Assembly: GCA_965279035.1 (NCBI GenBank)
Contig: CBDIHM010000003.1
Span: 32,001 to 96,000 of the forward strand
DNA length: 64,000 nucleotides
Reading direction: 5' to 3'
Origin: Bacteroidia bacterium
Lineage (GTDB): Bacteria > Bacteroidota > Bacteroidia > M30B66
This document shows positions 1 through 14,165 of the stretch, piece after piece. The notes under the pieces were generated by a model. The model searched no databases and was not told the DNA's origin. It saw only the letters and a list, made by a program, of their open reading frames with translations. Position numbers and translations under genes: made by a program. Each line of letters begins with the position of its first letter. The first letter of the stretch is position 1.

Positions 1-1055
1 CTTTCATGCTACTCATCTTAAACCTATCCAAATCTCCTCTCAACCATCTCCTCTAATTAGGTTACCAAAATTTATTCCGACCTTCTTCCCTAAGTGGCAT
101 AATTGTATTCATTTTAGAATGTTGCACATAAGACGACTGCTTAATCGTACAATTAAGTGGCTCTTTATAATTTATTTGATGATTATTAAGCAATGGCTGA
201 TTATGATCCAATACATTGGCTTAATCCATTTAGTACTTTTTCAAGTCTATCATGTTATTTAACAATTCTAGTGCTAGTTGTACGAAGTCTTTCTTTTTAA
301 TCATTGAACAATTAGACTGCAACAGCATTACCTACAGCATAATCATCGAAAGCATCCTTGACTTATTTTCTCAAAGTGTCTAATAATTATGAAGCTCTCT
401 CTAGGGATGTCTCATCGAAATTGCTTTCAAATGATTTTCCAATTCTGGCTAATTATGCCAAAACTTATGCATACCCATTAAATAATTTAATATTTAATGC
501 GTTTTGGAGTAATTTTCTAGATATCTTTGAAACCTCAATTAATGAACCTGCTCCACTGTAGAGGGATGTAATTATATCTTAAGCCTCCTCAATAGCATAT
601 AAGCTGTCTTAATAGTCTTATGATCTTTTTTTGTAATAGGCTTCCTCCTAATCTCTGGCTAAAACTATCAATTCCATTTATTGGTTATTAGTGAAGGATT
701 ATCTTTCATTTACCTCAAATGAGCTTGATGCTCTAACTTTTTAGGTTGTACATGCTTTTAATTAGGCTGAAGAGTCTCTTAACACATTAGAATTCTAATT
801 AATTTCTTTTTATCTAAATTCGTGTTCTGATGAACATTCTTTTTATTAAACATCATATATTTCATCATGTGATATTTGCTCTAAATTAATTGCATCTCTG
901 AACTCATTCAAAACCCTAATAATAGCGTCAAGGGGTGATTTTGAGGCTAATTTACTCTCAATTGTAGCCATCACTGTACTTATTGACCTTCTTGATGAAT
1001 AATCTAACTTAGCAAATGAAAGGATAAGAAGGGTTGTTAAGAGAATGTATTTCAT
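1..1055 (-). CDS. Trichocyst matrix protein / granule-lattice-like secreted coiled-coil protein (3' end runs off window)
   Basis: In the ciliate code one ORF: signal peptide MKYILLTTLLILSFA, then 'SPLDAIIRVLNEFRDAINLEQISHDEIYDVQQKEC...', an SLIEV processing-like motif and C-terminal 'LCATFQNEYNYATQGRRSE', typical of the TMP family. Confidence 0.75.
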
Positions 1056-1221
1056 ATTAAATTTTTGTTTTTGTTATATCGTTTTCTCCACATTTATAAA
1101 AAAAAGTTTGTTTTTGTGAACTAACGTAAACACTATTTTAGATAGAAAAATATTAATAATCTCTAAAAATTAAAACAAAATAAATAAATAAAATTTTAAA
1201 TAAAATAATAAATAAATTTAT

Positions 1222-1837
1222 TCATTTTTAATAAATATCTATCCCAGCACTGATAAGACTCTTAATAACTAGGTCTTAAAATTCCTCTAAACTAATATTT
1301 CCATCTCCATTTGTATCTGTTAACGCCATCCATTGAATGAGATCATCCTTTGTTGGTGTTTTCTACATACCACATTACTTAAAGGTCTCCTCTAATAGCT
1401 TATGGGCCTCATTTTCATCAATTTCTCCAGAGCCATCATTATCAAACCTTTTAAATAACTATTTTGCTTTATCTAATCGATCTTATGCATACTATGTATA
1501 TTATTTCTTCTTAATTTATCTCTAAAATACTATATTAATCTAGTTTTATGTCTTTAAGATATAAAAATTTTATACAAAATATTTTATACATAATGATTCA
1601 AAATCTGCAAGTGTAATTTATCTATTTTTAGTTGCATCTAAGACATCCGCGTATTGATCAATATCTTATTTTGATGGTGAAAATCTTTAACCCATAAATT
1701 AATAATTATTCATCATCATCTAAATCACTAATTTTTTATAGTTTCTTACACTCCTAATCATTTAATTATCCACTTTTGTCTTTATCATAATATGAAAATA
1801 TTGATTATGCAATAAATCTGGCTTGCTCTTAATCCAT
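1222..1837 (-). CDS. EF-hand calcium-binding protein (calmodulin-like, 4 EF hands)
   Basis: EF loops DKDKSGQLNDQE, DATKNRQITLAD, DNDGSGEIDENE and DTNGDGNISLEE; two tiny introns (22 and 24 nt); TGA at 1222-1224. Confidence 0.85.
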
Positions 1838-1885
1838 TAAAGAAAAATTATATTATAAATCAAACAATTCCTTAGGTTCGAATAT

Positions 1886-3185
1886 ATGCCTTTAAAAAAG
1901 AAAATTCTTCATCTAAATAGTTAATTTTGGATATTAGAACTTTAAGACATTCTATTCGATTAATCATTTGATAACTAGTTGATGAATTTATAAACTTTTT
2001 TTCTTAGTCAATCTGAATAGTTACCTATTTCTGTAATTGATTCATTTAACTAGGTTAATATGTTTTCACACTCCTTTATTTATGTGATCTTACTACCTTT
2101 CAATAACAATTGCTATATTAGCTATAAGTGATCGAAAAATTCATTATCCATTAATGGTATTTATCAGTTTAATTTCTTAAGTTTTCTTTTATTATGTATA
2201 AGAGTTCATAAATAATTTCTTTTTGAAAAAGATGTTTAATCGACTAAAATTTTCGGATTACAATTAAGGATAGTATTTTGAATTTCTTCGACACATAAGT
2301 GCCTTTAGAAAGAAAATAAATTTAGAGATTGATTATTTGGAATAATTGCTTTATAATCATGCAGAAATGGTTTTATAAAAATCTGATGAGTCCAAAAAGA
2401 TTATAGACCTCACCTATATTTATCATGACAACATTAACGATGATAAGTGTTTAGATTTGATTTCCTCTAATGTTTCTAAAGAATTCAACTATAAGGAAAA
2501 ACTTATATTAAAAGAAAAGAGATTGATCGACATTGCAGTACCTGTTTAAAGGCTCAATGGATTAGTTAGAACATTTAAATACTACATAAAGTAGATTTTT
2601 AGTTAAAAATAAACATTTGATTTAAGTTTAAAAGAGTAATAATCAGGAGAGTTATGGAAGTATTAGAATGTAGCAAAGGATGCTAAAGGGTTAGTCGCAA
2701 CTAAGCTCACCCCAAAATAATTTTTTGCTGACAATTTTCTCTGTTTGAAATAATCATACCTAACTGGATTGTATATTTGCAATACATTTGAGGGCACCAC
2801 CAATTTTGGTGATAAGGTAGATTGTTAAAAGGAGGAATTTGATATGATATTCAGAATTCATGAGGGTTACAACACAAACTAGAATCTATATGAATAGGGG
2901 ATTACTTTAAAATTTTAACAAGGTGTAGCATATAAGAATTCATGCTTCTAAATTAAACTTAATGAGTGCGTGATGTTAAGACCTGGTTTGATATATACAG
3001 TAACTCTTCAACCTAAGAATAAAACAGTCACACTATTTAATTTACAAGGAAAGGGTAAAGAGTCCGTTGATTCAATAAGATTTCTAAATAAAGAGGCGAA
3101 TATGAATTATTTCTCAAGTGGTCTTGGGGAATTGAAGACCTACACCACTTATTCACCATTACCAGCATTAATAGTACAAGCTTGA
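1886..3185 (+). CDS. Hypothetical protein with a PHR-like C-terminal beta domain (5' structure uncertain)
   Basis: Long open frame in the ciliate code from about 2090 to TGA 3183-3185 ('...LTGLYICN...FQIKLNECVMLRPGLIYTVTLQP...PALIVQA'), resembling BTB-BACK-PHR C-termini. Start and first intron are not resolved. Confidence 0.45.
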
Positions 3186-3215
3186 TTTATATTTTTTTTT
3201 TATAAAAAAAACATA

Positions 3216-3947
3216 ATGTAAGAAAATCAAAAATTTGAAAATTGGCTTCCCCTTGAGTCAAATTCAGACGTCCTCAACAAATATTTATTTAATTTAGGAG
3301 TCAATACGGAAATTGTTAATTTTGTTGATGTACTTTCATTTGAGAAAGAATTTCTCACTCCTGGAGCTCTTGGTGTATTGTTTGTGTACCCAGACTCAAA
3401 ACTTATCAACAACTATTTCTTTAACTTAGGTGATAAGCTATTCGAAAGACCTGTTGCAAATGATCTCTATTATATGAAGTAAGAAGCTGAAAATGCATGC
3501 GGAACGGTAGCTATTTTACATATTATGGCCAACATTTTAAATGAGTATCCTTTCATATTGAATGAAGAATCCTTCATTTCGACATTCGTCTAGAATACCC
3601 TTCACTTAAATCCTGAATAAAGAGGGACTTTTTTGAAGGATTGTAAGATTGAAATAAAGAAAGAGAATGGATAAAATCAATCTCTTTAGTAAGCACATTA
3701 AGAGATTGCTGAAGAAGGGGTTGAGCCTGATATTGAGCTGAAGCCTGGTCATCATTTTGTAAGTTACATTTGGAAAGATGGATGTGTCTATGAGTTAGAT
3801 GGTAGAAAAAAAGCACCAATTAATTTTGCTGAATGTTCATAGGAAGACTTTTTGGAGAAGGTTACTGAGATATGTAAAGAAAACTACATATAATAAGATG
3901 AAAAATGTATAAGTTTTAGTATGATGGCACTTTAGATCGGTTTCTGA
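3216..3947 (+). CDS. UCHL3: Ubiquitin C-terminal hydrolase (peptidase C12, UCH-L3-like)
   Basis: WLPLESNSDVLNKYL, YMKQEAENACGTVAILH (catalytic Cys), HHFVSY and YELDGRK motifs; intronless 243 aa in the ciliate code. Confidence 0.92.
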
Positions 3948-3996
3948 TAATTTTATTTTATTTTATCTTTTAGTTTTTTTGTATATTAATATTAAT

Positions 3997-5155
3997 ATGA
4001 ATAAATTATTTATATTATCATTGATCGTTTTTGCTTCTAAATCTTATGTCCCATATTAGGAATAAAGGGCTATTGAAGTAGAAATGGAAAATAAGGGTAT
4101 GAGTAGGTAGGATTAGCTTGAATTTGAAAACTGGGTCCTTGAAAATAACAAACATTATGATAATGATTTCACTTTGAAGCATAGAATGTAAATTTTCTTC
4201 GAAAATAAAAAAGAAGTTGAGGTATAGTTTTAAAAAAATTACCTTTTAAAAAAATCTAGAGATACAACAGAAATCATTTTGACGAACGATAATAATTAAA
4301 TGCTTTTGCAGATTTAGATAAAAACGAATTCAGACATTTACTTTTCATGCATATGGAAATTGGAAGTGACCCAAATGAAAATCCCTTCCACCTCTTTGAC
4401 TAAGAAACAAAGCATAGAATATTAAATCATCCAACTCTTGTTGAAATGAGACAATAAGCATAATAAGGAGCCACTCTAGATTGGAGTTAATAAGTAAAAA
4501 AAAAAAATATTATCTTTTTTTAACAAAGACACCACCAGTAAGAAATCAAGGACTTTGCGGATCATGTTGGGCTTTCTCAGGAGCTGATGTCTTTGCTAGT
4601 AGAGCAAGCTTAGTATCTAAAAATATACCTTTGAAACCAGTTTCTACCTCATATATTTTAGATTGCATGAGAGATGAAAAATGCGACGGATGTAATGGAG
4701 GACTACCTGGTAGAGCAGTAAAGTTTTTAAACACTGAAGGAGCAACTACTGAAGAACACTATAGAGAATATGATGAGACATAAAAAACATGTAGGACACC
4801 TGATGTTTTATTCGGATAGAATCTTTTCTCATCATTTGCATCGGTGGATAATCCAAGTGTAGAACAAATTACAGAAGGATTACAAACTGGACCAGTTTCA
4901 GCTATATTCTATGCTAATGAAGATGTTTGGTTCTAATATGGTAGTGGAGTTTTAGATACATGTGAATATCCAAAAGATAAAAATACCCTCCATGTTGCTG
5001 TGATTGTAGGATATGATAGTGTTAATTGGATTGTCAAGAATTCATGGGGATCAACTTGGGGAAAAAAAGGATTTTTTAAGGTTAAGAAAGATTTTGGATC
5101 ATAAAATGAATAATGTAACAAGATATTCAGAGTATCATACGCATTAAAGGGATGA
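3997..5155 (+). CDS. Papain-family (C1A) cysteine protease, cathepsin-L-like, copy 1
   Basis: Signal peptide, I29 prodomain (RMQIFFENK, LNAFADL), RNQGLCGSCWAF, GCNGGLP, LHVAVIVGY and WIVKNSWG; two short introns. Confidence 0.93.
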
Positions 5156-5494
5156 ATTATTAAAATAAATATCTTTTGTATTTTTTAATATTTAATATCT
5201 TTCGGTACTAGCAATCTTTATTTATTTTTTGTATTCCAGAACAAGAAGAAGGAGGAGTAATTAATAATATCTCATTTATAAACAAATTAATTTTTGTTTA
5301 CATATTAGATAAAATTTTACATTATTATATGTATAGTGATTTTATATGTCTCGTGATATTTCAGAATTTTAAGAAATTATCTTAATACATAATCTCAACT
5401 AAAATAACTCATGATAATACATAATATATATTTTATAAGAAAGTTAGAAAATGATTTTACTCTCTTAATTAGCGAGTTTAGTATTAATTTTAAT

Positions 5495-6637
5495 ATGAAT
5501 TAAAAAATTATATTATCGTTATTCATTATTATAGGGCAAGCCTATATCCATGATAATTAATTCGATCTAAGCCAAGATTTCGAGAGAACATATGCAACCA
5601 AGGAAGACCAATTAGAATTCGAAAATTGGGCCTTAGAAAACAACAGGTACTATGACAACCAATTCACACAAATGCATAGGATGCAAATATTCTTCGAAAA
5701 TAAAAGAGAAGTTGAAGTATATAATTTTTTTTTAATCATTCTAAATAAGAGATTCAATAGAAATCACTTTGACGAGCTTAAAAAGTTGAATTCTTTCTCT
5801 GACTTAGATAAAAATGAATTCCGTCATTTCATGTTTATGCATATTGAATTAGGTGACGAACCAAATCTAAGTCCTTATCACTTATTTTATCATGAGGAAA
5901 TAAACACTCATCCTTCCTTCTTAGATATGCAGAATAAGGAGGTTAAAAAAAAAAATCAAAATTTCCTTCTGCCTTAGATTGGACTCCAAATGTATTGATA
6001 ATTAATTATTTCGAAGGCTCTTCCAGTAAGGAATCAAGGACTTTGTGGATCTTGTTGGGCTTTTACGGGAGCCGACGTTTTTGCTAGTAGAGCCACACTT
6101 ATATAAAAGAGTATTCCATTAAAACCAGTATCTGTGACTTACATAATGGATTGCTTAAGAGACAATACATGCGATGGATGTAATGGAGGGCTTCCAGGAA
6201 GAGCTGTAAAATTCTTGAACACTGAAGGAGCTGTCACAGAAGACAATTACAGAAAATATGATGAAAAGTTAAGCGTCTGCAAAAAGCCAACTTCATTATT
6301 TGGTTAAAACATTTTCAAATCATTCACAACATAGGATGCTCCCACTATAGACTAAATCGAGTAAGGTCTTTAATCAGGACCTATTTCAATTATAATTTAT
6401 GCTAATGAAGACTATTGGTTCTAATATGGTGGAGGAATCTTAGATACTTGTGCATATAAGAAAGATTCTAATGTTTTGCATGTTGCAGTTTTAGTCGGGT
6501 ACGATAGTTAGAATTGGATATTTAAGAACTCATGGGGTACATCTTGGGGTGTCAATGGATATTTCAAGGTTAAGAAAGACTTTGGAAGCAAAAATAAATA
6601 ATGCAACAAGATTTATAGATTGTTTTATGCAATATGA
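5495..6637 (+). CDS. Papain-family (C1A) cysteine protease, tandem copy 2
   Basis: Same architecture and intron positions as copy 1: RNQGLCGSCWAF, GCNGGLP, LHVAVLVGY, WIFKNSWG. Confidence 0.93.
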
Positions 6638-7849
6638 TCATTATTCAATAAATTTCTAAATTTTATACAGCAATATTTTATTTGGCTTAAAAGCAGGTTC
6701 CTTATATTTTATAGCAGGCTTATTTTTAAATATCATAAATTACAATAATTTTCAATTTATCCTAGTCCTTGGAATTCAAATACTCTTTTAGATTCTCCTT
6801 ATCCAAGTTCAATGTTTCATTAATAACTTTTATGGGATCTTACTAATCTACATCAATCCAAATAAATTCCTAATTATAGACTTTGAAGTATTTCTTTTAC
6901 TATTTAGAATATTGTCTAGTTTATCCATAAAATTATTCCAAGAAATGGGTAATTTATTTTACTAACTATTCTTACCTTTTTGATTCAGATAAGTATCTTA
7001 TCTCTGATCTTTATCTTTTGATCACTTCTTTTAGATTTAAATATTCCTTAAACCCCAATGGGTAAGGTACTTAACTGATGTCTAATTTGTTTATTTTTAA
7101 AAATTCTTCAAATTCTTCCAATAAACCATCAAAAATCATCTAGTCACATCAAAAAAAAATATGGTAATTTATTTAGTACCTATGTTATATCTTCTTATTT
7201 AAATTATTTTAGCCAGAAAAAAGGAAATAACCTCTAACATCATATTTATTCTTTATCTGTTAATCAGAGCTTATAGGTAAATGTTAGAAATGTTTGCCTT
7301 CTGTTAAAAGAGCATACCTCAATGCTTTCTAAAAACGATAATTATCATTATCATTTATACTATTATCGTAAGATGGGCAATATTATTGAAGTACTTACCA
7401 TTTTTTTTACGATTTATTTAATAATTCTTATGCCTTTTTATCAGCCTCTTGCATTTATTCCTCTGTAAAATAAGTATGCCCTGATTCAAGCAAGTATCTC
7501 AAATAAAAACTGCATCCTCCTTCGATTAGAGGATTATCTTATTTTTCAATTTATTCAACAACTAGTTCTTTGTATCTCGAAATAATAATTTATGTACCTT
7601 TATGAACTTATTTTACCATTTGATGCATCTAGTATGCCTTAGAGAATATATTTATCACTTTTTTCATACCATCCACTTGAGATTGGCCAATTTTTGTACA
7701 TCTGTTTAAAATTGTTTTTTGAATATCAATTTTACTTATAAAGAATCTCCTAATATTATTCTTGTGTTTAGTTATTAAGCAATTTAACTTGATATTTATG
7801 ATTTCCCTCCTGATGTTACGCCAGAAATAATAATTAATTTCTTAAACAT
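6638..7849 (-). CDS. TRIT1: tRNA dimethylallyltransferase (IPP transferase, MiaA/Mod5/TRIT1 family)
   Basis: MFKKLIIISGVTSGGKS P-loop, 'ILGDSLQ-MYK' and 'PLIEGGCSFYL' family motifs; several short introns. Confidence 0.8.
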
Positions 7850-7930
7850 ATATATAACACACAATCTTAAAAAAAGAAAAATTAATATTAATAAAAACCA
7901 AAAAAATTCAAAATTTCATACACCCCTAAA

Positions 7931-9134
7931 ATGAACAATCGTCCAAACCCAAATAGATATCTTCTTCCAACAACTATAGGATAAGTTAGAAGAGAGTAGG
8001 TTACAATGGTAGACAAAAAGCATAACCGTGATTAGTTTTGCAATTCAAAAAGGCAAACTCACTTATCTAAGGTAAAATTTTTCTTTTAAAAAATGCAAAG
8101 CTAAGGCAATAGCACTAGGCTCAACCTACTAACACTATCCCCACACTTCCTCCACCTAAATCTAAAGTTTTTCAGACCAAATCAAGTTCTGTTAACTAAA
8201 CTCCTAGTCGAGATCAGCAAGTGATTGAAAAGGTAATACATATTATTAAAGGTGTAGTAATCAGCAAGTCATCCATCGAGTTTAAAGAAATAATAAGATG
8301 ACCCGGTCAAAATCTAGGATGATTAATTTGATAGCATCTCAGTCGTCTAATAGGTAAATATTATCCTAATAAATCTAAGGAGTAGTATGTCTAATACTAA
8401 AACTTTGTCTAAGACGCTCCCCGAGATCAAAACTTGCTTCAACACTAGTCCGAATAATTTGAAAATTCATCTTAGATAAGATAGGTAACCTCATATATTT
8501 ATTCCAATAGGATGAGCAAGGCTTACAAGGCACACCATCATAAAGGAGTAATCACTACATTAATGTCCCTCCACATCAAGAGTATGAAGTCGAATATTTG
8601 AATTCCTAATCTCAAGTTCAAAATAACTCACAGAATGTAAGAATACTTTAATATACAAAGGTATCTCCATAATAGAACCAAGAAGCTTGGGTAAAGAATC
8701 AGAATGGAGAAAAAATACTTTATGAGAGTGAGTTAAAGAATCCAAATCTTGTATACTCTCAAGAATCATCTTAACAACTAGTGCCCTAAGATTAAGGTGG
8801 TTAGAATGGACAAGTTGCTCCAATGGAAACTGTGAACTAATTCCAATTATAGGGTCGATACGAATAATCTGAATCTAAATCAGTCCAATAGACACCTCAA
8901 AGAAACAGATCACCAACAGGATTCTCCACTTCATAATCTGAAAAGTATTATCAATCAGAGTGGAAGATAATGCCCTCAGATCTAAAGTTTCATATGTTTC
9001 CAAAATAACCTATTCAAACCCCCGATGAGCTTGAATTGCCCCCAATTAGTTCCTCCTCATCAAGTCAAGAGTAGGATAAGGATGATGGAATTTTTGGAAA
9101 TCTTATGGAGAGATTCAGAAATTTGTTTAGATGA
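7931..9134 (+). CDS. Hypothetical low-complexity (Q/S/P-rich) protein
   Basis: ATG 7931, frames open in the ciliate code across short introns, ending '...GFFGNLMERFRNLFR' TGA 9132-9134. No recognisable domain. Confidence 0.55.
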
Positions 9135-9328
9135 GATGATCATTTATTATTAACATTATCATTCATTATTTTATTCATTGTCATATCAATTCCTTCCTTA
9201 ATAATTTTATTTATCATAATATTCATAGCAGATTCATTATTTCATTCCTTATTTCATTCATTATTTTATTCATATAATATAAGATTTCTTTTTTTGTTAT
9301 GTATATTATTGAAAAAATATAAAAATAT

Positions 9329-10675
<1,347 letters not shown>

Positions 10676-10729
10676 TTTAAATTAAAAGTTTTTTTTTTTT
10701 AATGAAATAAAAAATGATTAGAATTTTAT

Positions 10730-11646
10730 TCAATTTTTTGATATAATAATACAAGATATATTATCCTTACCATATTCTTACTCAATAGTTTATGCTATAA
10801 TTGAATCAATAATCGAATCTAGTATCTATGGTAATGATTTTCCTTAATTTATTCTTTCTAAAATAACGTCCATAATCCCACTATTTGTCCAAGTTTACCA
10901 AAAACCTTATTATTTAATATTTTATTTACCATGACTTCCTAATAAAATTAGCTTAGTCTCCCTGATATCAACATACTTTAAACTAGGAATGTTAATAAGC
11001 AATTATTTTTCAGCACTTAATTAGGTATTATTTTTGTATCTTATTTAAAAAAAAAAAATTATACTCAAATCCACCTAACGCTCTACTAAATGGTAAATGG
11101 GCATTAAGTCTATTCTCCCAAACCTCTCCTCCAGCTGCAATAATCCTTTATTTCTCCTCATCAAAAAATGGATAATGATCAACTGACATCACTTTGTGTT
11201 TTTATTGATATTGTATAACACACCTTGCTAGCTTTTTTATTGAATCAATCATTTACTCCTAAATTTGAAACATAGCAACTTTATTCTGTAATTAAACATA
11301 GAATTAAATTAGATGTCTCGTATTAAATTTTATCATATATTTGTTTGAGTTATTTATCTAATGTATCATAAATATTTGCGATTGCAATATCATAATTCCC
11401 ATTTTTGTAATCATTATCAGCAATTAAAATTTCCACTATATTTTATTCAATAAAATTTCCAACAGCAGATCCTCCCTACATTTCAATGATTCCGAATAAA
11501 CTGTTATTTTTGTCGAATTATGGTTTTATGATAAGCTTTTCTTCCAGTGCTATCTTCCAACCTTAAACTTATTGAAAAGCGAATTTGAACTCATCATTGT
11601 GTCCTTGTATTTTATTAAGATCTGGCTTTGATAAATACAATCCCAT
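10730..11646 (-). CDS. PP2C-family protein, catalytically degenerate (pseudophosphatase)
   Basis: MGLYLSKP N-terminus, QGWKIALEE, LFGIIEMQGG, NLGLARCV, RIIAAGG, SRALG, LLGSHGFW and GKDNISCI. This is the PP2C motif order with most metal-binding Asp residues replaced. Confidence 0.8.
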
Positions 11647-11665
11647 AAATATATAAATATTTTTA

Positions 11666-12242
11666 TCATTTTTTTCTTCTTTATGCTTATTAGGCTTCTT
11701 CTTGTGCATTTTATGCACTCTCGTTTAATTTTTACGGATCCTACTAAGCAGTTAAATAAAATAATCCAAATCCTATGATGATGTACCATTTCTATTTATT
11801 TTTAAAAAATAATATACATATTAAGAAAGTAATCCAAACAATCCCTATGGTTATTCTTATTATGTCTCAGGTTTTTCTTCCTCTTAAGCTAACTAACCTT
11901 ATGGTGCAGGCAAAAGCTCTTTCAACTAAACAAAATATTTCTCAGCTCCCTTTTTTGATTGCTTAACTTAATAATCGAATGAAACCAGATTTTCATTTAC
12001 TAATGCCAAGTTTATAATTTCCGTTAAATTTCCTCGAATATTCAATGAGGTTATATGACTTGATTCCACATGAGCAATGTATTATTTTTAACCTCCTCTA
12101 AATATAAAGTAACATATGGAAAATGATGCAATTTTTATTTATCTATGATAGTATCAGTCTCTAAAGTAATTTGAGGTCTTTATGATTTTGATTTTGGTAT
12201 TTTAATTGATCCTATATGAGTCTTTTCTTTCCCATACTAAAC
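11666..12242 (-). CDS. EMC10: ER membrane protein complex subunit 10-like
   Basis: Signal peptide, lumenal beta domain, acidic linker, then 'GLFGLLSQY-KWYIIIGFGLFYL' transmembrane segment and a short tail, matching the EMC10 layout. Confidence 0.55.
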
Positions 12243-12351
12243 ATGGAGTTCATAATCAACTTATGATTGAACACTTAATATTAAAGCACAAATTATAATC
12301 ATTTGATAGTAATTTAAACTCAAAAACGGAGAATAAATAATATAAAAAATA

Positions 12352-12771
12352 ATGATTAAACTCCTTCTAGGATTAGTTGGTGCCATCAAGTTGAGTGAGA
12401 AAGAATAAACATCTAATGCTTAGGTTTCAAATTGTGGAAATATATTTAAATATTATGCATTAAGTGCATCAGTATAAGCAGGAGTGTTAGCAGGTTAATA
12501 TAGGATGTCAATATCTGGAAATGTTAAAGAATAAGTTGATTTGAAATATATATAAGCACAAAGCTATTGTAGTGGAACTTAAGAAAGCGCATCACAGAGA
12601 TTATTACCTAAAGATTTTAGTGTGAATTCAAATGGTGGATAATTTAGTGTTAGCTTTGGATTTTAAAATAAATGTGAATCATGGTATGTTTAAAAATTGG
12701 TTATCACTTTTTAAGATAAAGACTTAAATTAAATAGGATGTGCTAGCGTAAGTTGGAAATAATTGCAATGA
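12352..12771 (+). CDS. Secreted ML (MD-2/NPC2-like) lipid-binding domain protein, divergent
   Basis: 139 aa with a signal peptide, 'VSNCG' near the N-terminus and 'DKDLNQIGCASVSW' at the C-terminus, the ML-domain Cys pattern. Confidence 0.6.
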
Positions 12772-12924
12772 TATTGAAAAAAAAAAATCTAAAGAGAAAT
12801 TTAATATATGATAAAAAAAATTTCTTAAGAAATATTATTAAAAATAAAATACAGATTACGTAATAATATTATTCAAAGCCATATCCTAAATTTTTAAATA
12901 TAAATAAATATAATTAAAAAATAT

Positions 12925-13349
12925 ATGAAAGTCGTCATCTTGTCCATTTTGTTGATTTCAGCCTTAGCTGTCATCCCAACTGCAGTCACCAATTGTGGAA
13001 CATCCAAAAAAATTGTCTTCACAGAAGCCACATTCTCTGTTTAGCCAGCAAAAGGTGTTGATGAAACCATTACTTTATACGGTACTGCATCAGAATACAT
13101 CGAACTTGAAAATGTTGAGCTTATTGCACTTTGGAATGGAGCCAAGGTATTCAATTAGGACACTCCCAATGACAAATAATATGACAAGAATGATAAAGTA
13201 ACATATAGTTAAACCGCTAACTTCCCAGCCTTCACACCATCCGTAATAAAATAATATATTTTTTATAGGGAAAAATCAGAACACAATTCCATTTCATCGA
13301 CCTTAAAGGAGAAGAAGTTGGATGTGGTGAGGTTCAATTTAGTGTATGA
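12925..13349 (+). CDS. Secreted ML (NPC2-like) lipid-binding domain protein
   Basis: MKVVILSILLISALA signal, VTNCG, 'FPAFTPSGKIRTQFHFIDLKGEEVGCGEVQFSV'; one 26-nt intron. Confidence 0.75.
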
Positions 13350-13373
13350 GAATGGATTTTTATAAAGTAATAT

Positions 13374-14148
13374 TCAATACATCACAATATTTTCTTTATT
13401 GCTAAAACTAAAAGAGCTTTATTCTGTTTAGAGCGAATTCTCTGTAGAGTCTGACAAAATTTTCTAGATTAGGTTCATTTCTGAAATTCTCGATTTATCG
13501 CCATTTTTTTATCCATATTCTTCGAGGAGCTCCATTAATTGATTTGCCTACTCTTCATCTAATTATTGGAGAAATGTTTTCAGTTCGCTATCATTAGGAT
13601 CTTCATCATTAATAATGCTTATATCAGTATCTTGTGTTTAATTAGATACTAATGAACACCTTTTACTTGTTTTAATAATATTATTCATAAATGGATTTTA
13701 GAATTATTATTAAGAATTTTAAGGATTTAATTTTTTTAGTTATGCATTTTCAACTAACAGAGCATCAACTTAAACTTATAATTAATAGTTTTCTTGTTAT
13801 AACAAGTCCCTATTCTTTGTGACTTCAGTTAATGCATCAACATACTATTCTGATTGCATTTTTCCATAATACAAATCCATTTTCATAATATAATCTGTAT
13901 CCTTTGTGTAATAAAATTTTAAACTAATAAAAATACCCTTCTTTGAATCTTTTCCATTTCCCCTATCTATTTTAGAGCTTTATGATATTTAGTTTATATC
14001 TCAGTTATTTAATCTTTTAGTTTAGCTATATCTAGTCTTTAGGACGCATTGCATAGTTGAAGTTTGTGTACTATCTTTAGTGATTTTAAATTTATACTTC
14101 TCTTAATTATGTTTCTGTTAATCCTAACAACTACTTTTTTTATTTCAT
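13374..14148 (-). CDS. Hypothetical coiled-coil protein
   Basis: Open frame in the ciliate code with the heptad stretch 'DLLQQENYQLQVQVDALLVENAQLKK'; one short intron; TGA 13374-13376. Confidence 0.55.
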
Positions 14149-14165
14149 AAAATATTTTTTAATAA

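Noticed and set aside
9135-9300. TTCATT-rich stretch between convergent genes
   Set aside because: Irregular low-complexity AT-rich UTR-like sequence with no fixed unit or spacers, so not a CRISPR-like array.
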